A stretch of 64,000 bases of DNA from the human T2T-CHM13v2.0 reference genome, Homo sapiens: the NCBI RefSeq assembly GCF_009914755.1, contig NC_060940.1; one strand, given 5' to 3'. Each line of letters begins with the position of its first letter. The first letter of the stretch is position 1. The position numbers were made by a program, and so were the translations under genes. This document shows positions 1 to 15,166 of the stretch, in pieces. A model generated the notes under the pieces. The model saw only the letters and a list, made by a program, of their open reading frames with translations. It had not been told where the DNA came from and did not search any database.

Positions 1-1399
1 ACTGCCAACATTTCATCCAAAACAACACAGAACAGCCAGCCCTCAATTCTGTATTTTCTGAATTTTGTATGATTGGCATACATTTCTCTTATCACTGGGG
101 AAAATTATAAAAACATTGCATATACTATGAAATAGGATGAAAAAAATAAAAGTAAGCTAGTCAAGTAAAATAGTAACTGAAAATGCAGTCACCTGACTAG
201 GCTTTACACACCATTGTTCCATACTTAGCAATTACAATAAAAATTACATATCTATAATAAATTAATTCAAAATATATTTTCTCTTCTTGTATATGTTTTC
301 ATAGTTAAATTAGACTCTCACAAATTGAAAGTTACAATATCTACTCCATTTTAATGATCTGAAATGTCCATGTCATCATGGATAAAAATGAATGTTAAAA
401 ATTTAATTGAATTTCTAGGTCAAAGAAAACTCTTTGATATGGGTGACATGCCCAGCAGATGACTTGCTTGGTTTACACATTTGGTCCTACTCTGTTACCC
501 ATAGTGTTATGGCTGGAGGGTATGGGAACAGAATATTTTTATTTTTATAAACTTGTGGAAGTCATAATTTAAAATCTATTCTTCAATGTGCCATCCAGGC
601 AGACCTGCACTTCCAGATCACAGCAGGTTGGGTTATGGAGGAAGGTAATTGAAACTCAAACACCAATGGAAAACATGGATCTGGGCATGACATTGGCACA
701 TGAATTCAAGATGTTTCATATTCTGAACAAGTGAGTCCTCTCCGACACACAGAAACCACTACGTAAAAGCTCATCAAAGCACCCAGCTGACCAAACCATT
801 TAAAATCTCTGAGTGATAGATCAGTAGGATCGCAAGAACTTTTCAAACCTCTGCTATTAAAACATGCTTCACATATAGATTTTAAGCAGTTCAAGAAGTG
901 GGAAAGAAATGGACTAAGGCTTTCTTCCTGGGTGAATACTAATTATCTGCTTTCAATTGGGTAACTTTTCCCATCTAGAGCCCCATTTGTTCATCTTTAA
1001 AATTAGGAGACTGATTGATAGCAAGCATGCCTCATGGGGTTGTTAAGCAACTAAATAACATGATAGAAATCAGTGTTTATCCTCTGTGCTGTGCTTCCAG
1101 AAGGCTCAGGGGATCCTTCTACCAGAAAACTTAACACACATTACTGAGATCCTCCAGGGCTGGTGAGCTGGTAAAGGTGAACACAGTGGGTAGGAGACGT
1201 GTCTAGCAGCCTGGTTTGGCATTTAGGTGGTCTGTGTTGCTTGAGTCAATAAAATATTCGCCCTTTAGATCCAGGTTGTTCCAGGACCAATGGGAGTGCG
1301 AGCCTTCTCTCAGAAGTGGCATTTCTGAGTGGCATTTCAGTATCACGGCCTGTCCTTCTTGTGATCCACTCTGATCACTGATCAAAAATAAGTCACTAT

Positions 1400-2026
<627 letters not shown>

Positions 2027-2033
2027 CCACTAG

Positions 2034-2340
2034 GGGTTGGTATGGTGGTTCACACCTGTAATCTCGACACTTTGGGAGGCTGAGGTGGGAGAATTGTTTA
2101 AAGCCAGGAGTTCTAGACCAGCCTGGGCAACATAGCGAGACCTTGTCTCTAAAAAAATAAAAAGTTAAACAATTATCCAGGTGGGGTGACCAGCAACTAT
2201 AGTCCCATCTCCTTAGGAGACTGACACCAGAGGATTGCTTGAGCCCAGGAGTTCAAGGCTACAGTGAGCTATAATAGTACCACTGCACTACACCATGGCT
2301 GACAGAATGAGACCCTGTCTCTAAAAAGAAGGAAAAAAAA
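2034..2340 (+). mobile_element. AluJ-like element
   Basis: GGATTGCTTGAGCCCAGGAGTTCAAGGCT pattern and A tail. Confidence 0.85.
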
Positions 2341-2704
2341 TAGCTACTATGGTCAGGAACTTCATGAAAAACAAATCTGGACACACAAATAGAAATATAA
2401 ACAAACTAAAAACAATAACGAAACCCCTTTACTAGACACCAATTTTTCACCCTATATTTGACTACATATTAGCTTTCAATCCATCTTTGAGTGGGTCCCC
2501 TTGCATTGGACATATGCATTACCAAGGTTTATGGATAACCCAAGAAAAAAAGAGGTTCAGTGAGGACATATTTCCAGGAAAGTGTCAGATTGGCTCCAGG
2601 TTACTAAGATGAAACAGAAAAGACAAATATTCCATCAATTTTAAAATTTCCATAGAGACTTCCTAGATCTTTTTCTTATATAAAGATTCTAAGAAGCAAA
2701 AAAC

Positions 2705-2910
2705 TCAATCTTTGGGGTCAAACAGACCTGGGTTTGAATCTTGAATCTTGTACATATTAATTGCCTGACTTTAAACATATTATCTAGGTGTCTTGATTTT
2801 CCATATTGTCATCTGTGAAACTAATAATTTTAGGTTAAATTTGATTCCATTCATAAAGCTACTTAGCACAGTTGCCAGCCTGTTGGCGATGCTCAGTAAA
2901 TATTAATTCT
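2705..2910 (+). mobile_element. MIR SINE
   Basis: agacctgggtttgaatc...tcatctgtgaaa...cttagcacag...gctcagtaaat core. Confidence 0.65.
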
Positions 2911-4176
2911 TTTCTGGAAGTTCTTCTCTTTGAGCAGTAGACTAATGAGGAAGAGAAACTCATTGGCAAAGGAGGAAAGTGAATTCTTGGAAATGTCATT
3001 GTAGCTCTGAATGTAATTGCCTATGCAGAAGGACTCTTCATTCAAAGGTAAGAAAATATTTCATATTCTTCAGTCCTGGACAATATATTTCCCATGACAA
3101 GAAAATGTTTTTCAAGCATCTTGGTTTTTGATCTTGACACCAGTGTTCTCATCCTTGGCCACAGATATGTAACCAGTTGCATGTTTTCCCCCACTTAGGC
3201 CAAAACTTGCAAATAGGGCCATTAATTACCAGAATATGTCATGCACAAAGTGTAGTGTTTCTATTAATGGAAAAACAAATTCAGGCTTCTAAGTTTTAGT
3301 CCAACCTGGACTCCTAATTGCATGCTGCTTTTACTTGTACACTTTTTCATTATACTAATACAATATAAAAGTTCCTAATAATGATGATCTCCATGGTACC
3401 AGTTGGGGAATACCAATATAGGGGTTAGATGATGATGTAGCCCAATGAGGAAATATATGAGACTGGCAATCAAGGGGAACATTAAGATGGAGAGAGAAAG
3501 AAGACCTTGATAGATAGACTGCACTTGGTGACAACCCTGCATTAGCCAAAAAAATAAAAATAAAAAAGGAAAAAATTAAAAGCAGATCAAAGTGGGCAAT
3601 ATATGGACCAGCTCCTGCATATTGAAAACTTGAAAACAGGAAGCACCAAAGCAAAGGACCAGGACCCTCTGCCCTCATCATGGTGTCAGGAGAGAGGCTT
3701 ATCCCAGGGCAACGGCATCAGTCACTCAGCAGCTTCCCTAAGGCTCTGCAGATGCTCTTCCTTACCAATCCTTTTCCTCTGTCCATCTCTTCTCTGAAGC
3801 TAAACAATCCTCACAGCTTGACCTGATCAGAGACATTCTATCTTATGAAAAAGGCCACAGGGCACTTCAGTCTGAGGATCCTCTCTGCAGACTGTTGGAA
3901 AACCGAGAATGTAGGCCAAGACTTGCTCCCAGGGAGGTATTTTGTTCACTGCTGACCCAAATCTGCCTACTCTACGTTTCTTCCCAAACCTCAGAGAGGA
4001 AGTAGATCTATCTACCACATGAAAAGCTCCCACACACTTGAAGACAGGTATTCAGTCACTAGCAGAATAAACATTATTTGATTACTTTGCTCTGGCCTAC
4101 ACTGCTTTCCTTAGAAATGTGGCAATAGCTCTGCCAAGATAATGGAAAAAATATTTCTGTGCCCACACATGCCCGT

Positions 4177-4177
<1 letters not shown>

Positions 4178-4216
<39 letters not shown>

Positions 4217-4245
4217 ATCCATATATATATATATACATATATATA
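4178..4245. repeat. (CA)n followed by (TA)n microsatellite
   Basis: Direct reading. Confidence 0.95.
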
Positions 4246-5029
4246 CGCATAAATAAGCACATACATAAAATTTATATATAGTGTGTGACTAAAATTTCTT
4301 AGTAGAGTTATAAGCTTCAATAATTTCAGAAGTATAGATGACACACAACTACAAAAGGCATCATTTGAGCATTTAGTTATTTCGATTTCTTTACACTCAT
4401 TTACATTTGTGAATTTTGAAAAATTAATTTTAAGTTTTGATGTCAGTCAATGTTTACCATCTTCAATCCAAGGGACTGAAATAATGGAAATTTCATAGAA
4501 CATTTTTAGAAGTTTGTGACAATACACTCCTGATGTTACTACTGATCAATGATGAACTTACTAGTCTGTGTGTACACCTCTATTTTCTTGCCTTTCTGAA
4601 TACCCTGTGAGCTCTCTACCTACCTGTACACATTACTGCATAGTTTGTACATTTCACAGCCCATCGTGACTGAATGTCTGACCTCTTCACCAGACAATAA
4701 CCTCCTTGAGGGAAGGGGCCTTGTCTTATTTAGCTTTTCAGTCGTCTTTGTGCATTTAGGCATTTAGCACTGTTGTGTGTGTTGACAGAATAAATGGCTG
4801 AATGCTGTGCTTTCCAATGAATCTCATATCAGTCTGACTTTTCCACACAGTCAGAGTTTACTGATTCATTATCTCATGGTCCATTTCTAGTTTCCATATT
4901 CTCCAACTCCTTCTAATGTTGCTTATATTTATATTGCAGATTTTGCTTTTGCTAAATATCTTCATCTTGCTATCTTATTATTCTGTTATTATTATTTAAA
5001 TTGAAGCAAATTTAACTAAGCAACATTGA

Positions 5030-5240
5030 TTGAACTGCTAATATGGGCAAACGCTGTTGTTTGTTACTTTTACATACATTATCCCAGACAATTTTTCAAA
5101 CTGTGCAAAGATTATAATATCCCATATCTTATAAGAAACAAAACTGAGAAACTAAGAGGGAAGCAATTTCTCACAAGCACATGGAAAATAACAGAACTAG
5201 AATTTGAAGTCCTCTAGGTTTCATTGAATTTTATAAGCAC
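5030..5240 (-). mobile_element. MIR SINE
   Basis: atcccatat...aaaactgagaaactaagagggaagcaatttctc...agaactagaatttgaa. Confidence 0.55.
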
Positions 5241-6949
5241 ATAACTGACCCTGGAACACTGACATTATTGCATTCTAATTAAACTAGTTTATTTTAATAT
5301 CCACAATAGGTTGGTTAATTAGTTGAATTCCATCATAGCCTATAATTAGACAAAAAAAAGAAAAACTCAGTTTCTAGACTCAGTTTCTAGATAAAAGAAC
5401 AGTTCTTAGAAACCTAAGATTTTTTGTGGCAAAGAGACCCACAAACAATCAGGGGTACTCATTCAACAGCTGTTCCCATAGCATTTCCAGACACAGACAT
5501 ACACACGCAAACATACACCCTTCACAAACAAACCAATGTGAAGGAGGCAAGAAGAAACCTATTACTTTCCCAATATTTTGGAATAAAAGATATGCTACAA
5601 TGATGCAAATTCTATAAATGATGAGCCTTAACGTACTAATGAAAATAATTTACCAAGACTCTGATGGCTATAATGTCTCCTAACTGAATTAGGGAGCTAC
5701 ACACCACTGTTCTTCCAATTATTGCCTTTTGTACTGAGGAATCTGCAAAACAAGAAGTACAATAAAGAGTAACATGATAGAAATACTTGCCTGTGTGCAT
5801 GTGAAATTCAAGCATGTGTGTATGAGATATCGAAGTATGCAGTTTGTTAGCATTAAGAGACTTTTCATTGTCACATTTAATCACATTTCTTAAAATCAAC
5901 TCTGCTTTCACTTATGTTTGATAGTAATTTTCTCCTTGTTGGTAGGGTAAATGGAGAGAAAAGAACATACTGCCCACGTACTTCTTAGTTTAAGACAAAG
6001 AAAACTACCAAGAGATTCAGGGGGATATTGACATTTAGGGTCTTTAAGCTAACTAGTTAAGTCAGTGACCACGTGCAACCTTGAAAGAGTGATGTCTGAT
6101 CTACCAAGAAGATCTATTTATTTTTTTGTTGTTGTTGGATTGAGGAGAGAGCGGGTTCAAAGATAAACTCTGTTCTGTGTGAGACAAACTGCAGCAATGA
6201 ATTTTAGGCAGAAAAGAAACATGATTATTTACACAAGTGAAAATGGCAGGGCATTAAAAGACATCTGCCATTTTGATCTCCCAACAGAGCATCTTCCATA
6301 TTGGAGCAATTAAGGGCGAAAAATACATCCTACAGAAATCTGTTTGGCTATCTTTAAATTATGAAAGTGAAAAATCAGAAGCATATTTGCATGCTAGTTT
6401 GTGCTGCTCATAAAAAATGTCCTTAGTTCGGGGGGAAAACAGAAAGAAAGGCATTTATTTGCCAATTGATTTAATCTGAGTGAATCTGTCTTGGCTATCC
6501 TTACTAAACCAACATTGCTTTCCACGCAAACATTTTGTTGTTTATTTATGTCTTTGCTTGCCTGCTTTCTTATTTTTATTTTTGTTTAAGCAGTGCAAAC
6601 TCAACTCTGAATGTTTCAGTGCTCATTGATCTGCCACATGGCACAACTTGGATATTACATTTGCAAAACTAATACATTAGAGGGTCATCTCATTCTTCCC
6701 CCTAACCCTAGGTCTCCAATATAATTTTGTGGAAAAGTAAATGACTGAATGGATGAAAGAATGCAAGGGCTGGGTGATGGGGTACTGACTTCTTTAGAAT
6801 ATTCTGGCATCAAATGATTTGTTCTCTTTTTCATCCTGGAGCTTATTTCATGACAGATTCATTCTTTCCATAATAATAACTAATTCTTAAAATTTTTGAA
6901 GAAGATTATATGTTATGAAGTGTTTTCTCAACCACTCCTTCACTTTTAA

Positions 6950-7520
6950 TTTATGCATTTAGTCAACCCACTTTTCTTAAGTGTTGGGATACTGGCCTCA
7001 CAGAGCTCAGATTCTAGTGGGAGACAAGGAAATGTGTTATACGGTTAGAATTCAGAGTGATAAGAAAAATTGAGGTTAGGGCAGTATTCCTGGAGCACTA
7101 GGACAAGGCAGCCCAAATGTTCTGAGATGTTAGGCCAGATGTCACCTGGGAGATGTCTTTATGTACAGTGAGACTTAAAGGAGGAGGGATAGACAGGGGG
7201 AGTAAATTCCCTGCACATAGACATGTGAGAGCATGGCATATTTCAGAAACTTGACATGGTTTCAAGTTTCTGAATCTTAAGATTTAAGGTAGCAAGAGAA
7301 AGGACATGGTAGAGGTAAAGTGTACAAGGAGTAAAGCATGGAATGTCTTGCTCACTAAGCTATGGAGTTTCAGTTAAATACATAGGAAATGGAGAGGCAG
7401 GAAAGAATTTAAAAAAGAGAGAGAGAGAGGCATTGTCCAGTTTGTTTATTGAGGGCTGAGTGAAGTGGGGGCAAGGATGGAGTCAGACAGACCTGTTTGT
7501 AGGTCACCATGTAGTTACAG
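6950..7520 (-). mobile_element. L2 LINE fragment
   Basis: gcctcacagagctcagattctagtgggagac and purine-rich L2-like body. Confidence 0.5.
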
Positions 7521-10500
7521 CTTCTCTGTGGGTAACTCTATTCATGATAACTATCAAAATTAGTTGTGCTTTCACAATATAGCTAATTTTGCTGGATGTG
7601 CTTTTGGGGATTCCCTGACATCAGATTTATATTCACTGTGAAAGCCTTCTTTTAGGACGCTTCCTGGCACTCATTTTTTCATCTTTTCATGATTACAGAA
7701 GGATGGAAAGAAGAGGCTATCATAGGGAATCTAAGAAATATCTAGAATTTGATGAAAGCCACACTGACACTAACTAGAGAAGAAGCATCAAGGACGGAGA
7801 AGGCCAAATCAAACAGGGAAGAGGCTTCATGGTTTACAAAAGGCTACTCTTAAAATTGATTTACTTGAAAATCTCGAGTATTTTTGTTGTCGTTATAATA
7901 GAAACTCATTGAAAACTCCTAAAATTTTCCTTGGCTGCTCAAGTGACAGAAAAACCTTCTGATAGCCATGTAACCCCATGATCTGATAAACCTTCAATTC
8001 TAATTGAGATGGCCCATTGTAAAGCTTGTAGCCCTGGGGTTCTGAGATCCCGGGATGCATTCCAATTTTGATACCAGTTTTTAGTATGTCAGTGCCTTTA
8101 TCTCTCAAATTGGCAGCTCAATTCATATAGTGTAATAATTTACAACTGTTTTATAAATTATTATTAGGATTATATATCAAATATTCAGATATTAATATTA
8201 AAATTGTTCTCCCTTTAGAGATGAAGAGCAAAGCCAAGCCTTTAATCTCTAGGCCTTGCCTTTTCCTCTGTACCTTATCAAATGATTGTTGTTTGGAATA
8301 AGAGGGTTGAAAATTAAAATTATGAAGTTAATATTAGAATATTGTATTTATAATTACCAGGTCACTAGGCCAGCAGACAAAACTATATTATCTTCTTGTT
8401 AGAATCAAAAAATTGTAATAAAATTAAACATTTATTTTTTAGTAACACAACAATGTAAAGGAAGTTCTGTCTCTCTCACACACACACCCCCCAAAACACA
8501 AATCTTAATTTTAATCTAATACCCAGTATGATGTTTAATGATGAAACTCAAGAACTAATTTCCCTATTAAAGTAATAAGTAAACCAAGAATGGCCATTAC
8601 TGTTGTTATGATATAGCACATATTTGAAAAGTGTAAATCTATGCAATTAGATGAAAAACAAGTATTTTAAAAGGTGAAACAAATTGCCATTAATTTTTAT
8701 GTAGTTATTGCTCTAGAAAACCCAGGAAAATCAGGTAAGTTATATCACTTTGCAATGCCCAATAGTAAATAAATTAAAACAGTTATAACTTATACTAAAA
8801 ATAGTGACTAAGAAAATAAAATTAGAACAGATTCAGTCCAGTCTGATACATAAGAAGCTTGGAAGTCACCTCTCCATCCAAATAAAAAAACAAACAAACT
8901 AGAATATTAACAACTTTTCCTAGATTCATAAGAGAATTGAGTTTACAGGGCAAAGAGCCGTCCCCAGATTGGAGACAGACAAGTAGATACAGAGAATCGA
9001 ACTTACTAGATTAGGAACCAACAAGCAAAAACTTCCTCAGGAACCAGTGCTGGGGTAGAAAAACCTGAACTGTAATTGACAAATTGATGGAGGCCCAGTG
9101 TGGAGAAGTTAAAATCTCTAGGGGAACCCAGTCACAGGACCTCTCCCGTGACCCCCTACCACACACATGCACATACACACTTGTGTGATTTTTACCTCCA
9201 GGAACTCTACCTGGTTCTCACAGTGAATATTAGAGAAAAATTCCCTCATGCTATCAGTAGGAGGAGGGAAAAAGGAACCATTTTGAAATACGCCAGAGCA
9301 TTCTGTTCTTAACAAGGCCTGATCTTAGAAAAAACTTTTAAAGGAAGCCTAATCTTCTGGGATTTTATCAGAGACTAACTGACCTGGGGAAAAGAAACTT
9401 CCAACTCTAGGCCATCCCAGGTATCCTGTCCCAGCAAAGGAGGGAGAAAAAAACAACTAAGGAGCACTTGTGAAGTTTACAGTTCAGAGGCACAAGCTTA
9501 CTAAAAACTGAGGCCCAGTCATAGGACTATGGAATGCTAGCCCTTCTTTAACTTACTATCCACATTGTTAAAGGCTTATTTATAGCAGTTCCTGTTACCC
9601 ACAACACCATTTCCGTTATGAAGAAAAAAATTACAAGGCATACTAAAGGCAGAACAAAAAATCCTACAATTTGAAGAGACAGAGAAAATATCAAAACCAG
9701 GCACGCATATGACAGAGATGTTGGAATTATCCAGCTGGAAATTTAGAACAACTGTGATTAATATGCTAAGGTCTTTAATGGATAAAGTGGACAACATTCA
9801 AGAACAGATGGGCAATGTAAGCAGAGAGATGGAAATTCTAAGAAAGAACCAAAAGAAACACTAGAGATAAAAAACATCAACAGAAATAGAGAATGCCTTC
9901 AAAGGGCTCCTTAGTAGACTGGACACAGCTGAGGAAAGAATCTCTGAGCTTGAGAATAGATCAGCAAAAACCTCTAAAACTATAAAGCAAAGAGACAAAA
10001 GACTGAAAAAATAATACCCCAGAATATCCAAGAACTGTGAAACTATAAAAGGTGTAATATATATGTGATGATAATACCAGAAACAGAAGAGAGAAAGAAA
10101 CAGAAGAACTATTTGAAACAGTTATGACAGAATTTCTCCAAATTAATGTCAGATACCAAACCACAGATGCAGAAAGCTCAGAGAACATCAAGCTGTATCA
10201 ATGCCAAAAAGGAAGTCCCTACACCTAGTCATATCATATTCAAACTACAGAAAAATCAAAGATTTTTAAAAAATGCTGAAAGAGGTCAGGAGAAAAAAAC
10301 CCACCTTACCCGTAGAGGAATAAAGATAAGAATTACATCCACCTTCTCAGAAATCATGCCAGCAAAAAGAGAATAAAGTGAAATAATTAAAGTATTGAGA
10401 GAAAAAAACATACCAACCTAGAATTCTCTAACTACCAGAATTATCCTTTAAAAGTGAAGGAGAAATAGTTTTTCAGACTAGCAAAAATGGAAAAAAAAAT

Positions 10501-11080
10501 TGTTGCCAGTAGGCCTGCCTTGTAAGAAATGTTAGAATAAGTTCTTTAGAGGGAAGAACATGGGTCAGAAATCTGGATATACAGAGAGAAAAGAAGAGCG
10601 TGGAAGAAGGAATAAGTGATGAAGAAACAGACACTTTTATTTTTCTTATATTTTAATTGACCTAACACAATAATTTGTTCACAGTAATAATTGCAACAAT
10701 GTATTTGATTAGGTATGGTTATTCATATATACCGTCATGAGTTGCTTAGTGACAGGGAAGCATCCTGAGAAATGCATTGTTAGGAGATTTCCTCCTGTAA
10801 ACGTAGTGTATTTAAACAAACACAGATGGTTTAGCTTATTACATCTACCCTATATGGCACAGCCTATTGCTCCTAGGCTACAATCCTATACAGTATGTTA
10901 CTCTGTTGAATACTGTAGGCAATTATAACACAGGAGCAAATATTTGTGTGTTGAAACATAGAAAAAGTACAGTAAAAATATGGCATAAAAGATAAAAAAT
11001 GTTATGCCTGTATAGGGTACTTAGCATGAATGGAGTGTTCAGGACAGGAAGTGGGTGAGTCACTGAGTGAGTGAATGTGA

Positions 11081-11432
<352 letters not shown>

Positions 11433-11483
11433 CTGTAGACTTTATAAACACTGTACATTTAGGCTACACTAAACTTATAAAAA

Positions 11484-11607
11484 TTTATTTTTTTATTATA
11501 CTTTAAGTTCTAGGGTACATGTGCACAACGTGCAGGTTTGTTACATATGTATACATGTGTCATGTTGGTGTGCTGCACCCATTAACTCATCATTTACGTT
11601 AGGCATA
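11484..11607 (-). mobile_element. L1PA 3'-terminal fragment
   Basis: ttattatactttaagttctagggtacatgtgcacaacgtgcaggtttgttac... Confidence 0.9.
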
Positions 11608-11618
11608 AATCAACCTTA

Positions 11619-11985
<367 letters not shown>

Positions 11986-12356
11986 CTAAAAACTAAGATG
12001 TAAACCCACACATTAGCCTGTGCCTACACAGGATCAGGATTATCAGTATCACAGTCTTCCACCTCCACATCTTGTCTCACTGTAGGGTTTTTCAGGGGTA
12101 GTAACACACATGGAGCTGTTGTCTTCTATGGTAACAATGCCTTCTTCTGGAATACCTCCCAAAGGACCTACCTGAAGCTGTTTTAAAGTGAACTTTATTT
12201 TTGATAAATAGAATGAGTACACTCTAAAATAATGTTTAAAAGTGTAGTTATGGTAAATCCTAGGTGATAGGCATTTTTCAGGTCCATTATAATCTTACTG
12301 GATCATCTTTTTATATGTGGTCTGCTGCTGTCCAAGACATTGTTATGCGGTGCATG

Positions 12357-12358
<2 letters not shown>

Positions 12359-12413
<55 letters not shown>
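12359..12413. repeat. (CA)n microsatellite
   Basis: Direct reading; overwrites the Tigger3 terminus. Confidence 0.97.
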
Positions 12414-12414
<1 letters not shown>

Positions 12415-13791
12415 GCTTATTTATAAGTGAAATAAGTGACAGCAATGATATAAGGAACAAGAGGGAGAAATTAGGATTAATTTCTTATTATAAGGTACTT
12501 GTACTACCTGTGAAGTGGTATAGTGTTATTTGATAGCAGACTTGGATTAATTGTAAATGTATAGCTCAAACTCTAGGTCAACCCATTAAAAAGTAAAAAG
12601 AAAAAAAAAGAAGTACAGTGGCAGTGGTATGCTTAAAAAGGACAGAAAATAGAATCACATAAAATACTGAGTTGAAACCTCAAAAGCCAGAAAAATGATA
12701 GAAAATATTATTTAAAAATTACTTTATAATATCTTCCAAAATGTAAAGTAGCTAACCATAAACTTAATAAGAAATGCATGATACAAAAATGAAGAAAACT
12801 ACAATGACTTCCTGAGGGTAATAAAAGGAGAATTGATTCAATGGAAAGTCAGACCATGGTTTTGGACAGGAAAAGTATTTTTAAAATTTTAGTTCTTCTT
12901 AAATTGATCCATAAATTTAAGATAAGCTCAATAAGATTCACAAAAGTACTTGTAGGGCACCTGAAAAATAATTCTAAATTATATCAGAAAGAATAAAAAA
13001 AGCAAGATTTGTAAAATAGTAATAAAATAAAAATAATGCGGAGAAAGCATCTGTCAGGTTTCAACATATATATGTATAAAATTATTAAAGAAAAATATGA
13101 TACCAGTAAATAGACAGAATGGGAAGAATAGAAAGTTAAAAAAATCTAATCATAAAAAATGTAGAAGACAATAAAGATACCCTTACAAAGCAGTGAGACA
13201 TGACTAAATATTTCATAAATAATATTTTTAAAATGCCCAACAGGTGGGGGAAAAAGATATATAAGAAAGAAGAAAAGATAAGTTAATGTTGATATCAATT
13301 TTGGGTGAGGAACATCTTGCTAAGGATAATAGTAAATAGACAAAAACTGATACAAAAAGTGTAACATCTCTACTTAAGACTACAGCAGAGTCAGAATTAA
13401 AAGAACATTAAAACATTAGGAAAATCTATGCAGTAGGTATGGTAGGTCAAAGGTGAATAGCATTAATAGATGAACAGACTTTACAAATCAATTGCAAACT
13501 GACAAATATATAATTTAAGAGGTGGGCAAAGGACATAAATAGCCAACTTATAAGAACAAAAGAAGAACTGATTAATAATTATTAAAAACACCTGGCTTTA
13601 AATGATGAAAGTAACTGGAACTTAAAATGTTACATTTAACTTACCAAATTGCCAATGATTAAAAAGAGTAATACTAACTAGAATTGACCTGGATGTGAGA
13701 AAATAAAACCTCACCTGTTTTACCAATGGTATTAAAAATGGTATAACATTTCTGATGATCAGTTTATTAATTAAGTAGCAATAGCTTTTGA

Positions 13792-14085
<294 letters not shown>

Positions 14086-14734
14086 GGAATTTATCCTAAA
14101 AGAATAATTAGATATTTGGCGAAGGTGTGGAAAACAATGTACGTACTTACAGTCAACTGATATTATATATCCTCATAGTTGAAGGTAGAAAGACAACTTG
14201 AAAATATTGACATACATATATTGATTTGTATTACATACTATTAAGTGGGAAAATTAGTGGACATATATTTCACAGTTGCTTTTCTTTTTTTTTTAAGAAA
14301 AGAAATGTATGCAAAGAAAGGATACACAAATAGCAGTGACTATTTCTGGGTAGCCTATTATCAAGTTATTTTAATGTTTTAATACCATTTTTGTTGGTTT
14401 GTATTTTCCAATTTTCCTTCAAGAAATAGGCATTAATTTTGTAATAGAAGCAAATTATAAACTTCTTTGCAAATATATTTTACTACAATTATTATGGCTG
14501 TGATTAAAGTGAAAATTGAAGAACCTTGTCCTGTTCTGTTCACACATTCCCTGGAACCCTAGATTAATCCATAAATTAAATTTCAGAATTTGCCTCTTCT
14601 GAGGATTGTTATTATTGACAATAGGATAAACAAAGACTTTTGAAATGAATTAACTAGAAGAGACACGAGCTTTATATTCATTTTACAGTGTGCCATGTAC
14701 AACCAACAGGGCCCTCCAAATATTTAAATTTAGT

Positions 14735-14900
14735 TTTTGCACTTATTGCTGTGTGACCTTGGGCAAATCACTGACCCTTCTGATGTCTCATATTCTTTCT
14801 TTATCTGAAAATTGGATAAAAATATACCACCTGCCTGCCCTATGCGACTGTTTGAAGAATTAGGTGAAACAATAACATGAGAAGGTTTTATAAACCAGTT
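14735..14900 (+). mobile_element. MIR SINE
   Basis: gctgtgtgaccttgggcaaatcact...tctgaaaattggataaaaata. Confidence 0.7.
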
Positions 14901-15125
14901 AAGAGCTACATAGAGGAGAGATATTATCTCAGTCTTTTTTTTTTCTTTGCACTTTTCTCATCCATTACATATTTCTTGTGATTTAAGAGATGCCACATGC
15001 CTGGTATTTTCAAAGTAAATGCATCTCAAAACCTGGGCAGACATGCTCTTCATCTGCCCAAATAGCACCATTCCTGATATTAACAGCCCAAGATGGACTT
15101 AAATGTTGAAGAATCATCCAGTGTT

Positions 15126-15166
15126 CTATTTTCCTGCTGCCTGCTGAGTCGGCTTTGAAGCTCGGG
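15126..15166 (-). other. Candidate alternative/poison exon start in intron 11 (adds ARASKPTQQAAGK* in frame with exon 11)
   Basis: Acceptor tttttatttcattttatcttattccgttctgcag| at 15167-15168; non-repetitive, locally CpG-retaining sequence; 3' end not determined. Confidence 0.4.

Noticed and set aside
5365-5390. 13-bp tandem duplication actcagtttctag x2 (similar small ones at ~36703 and ~37630)
   Set aside because: Ordinary slippage duplications with no further structure
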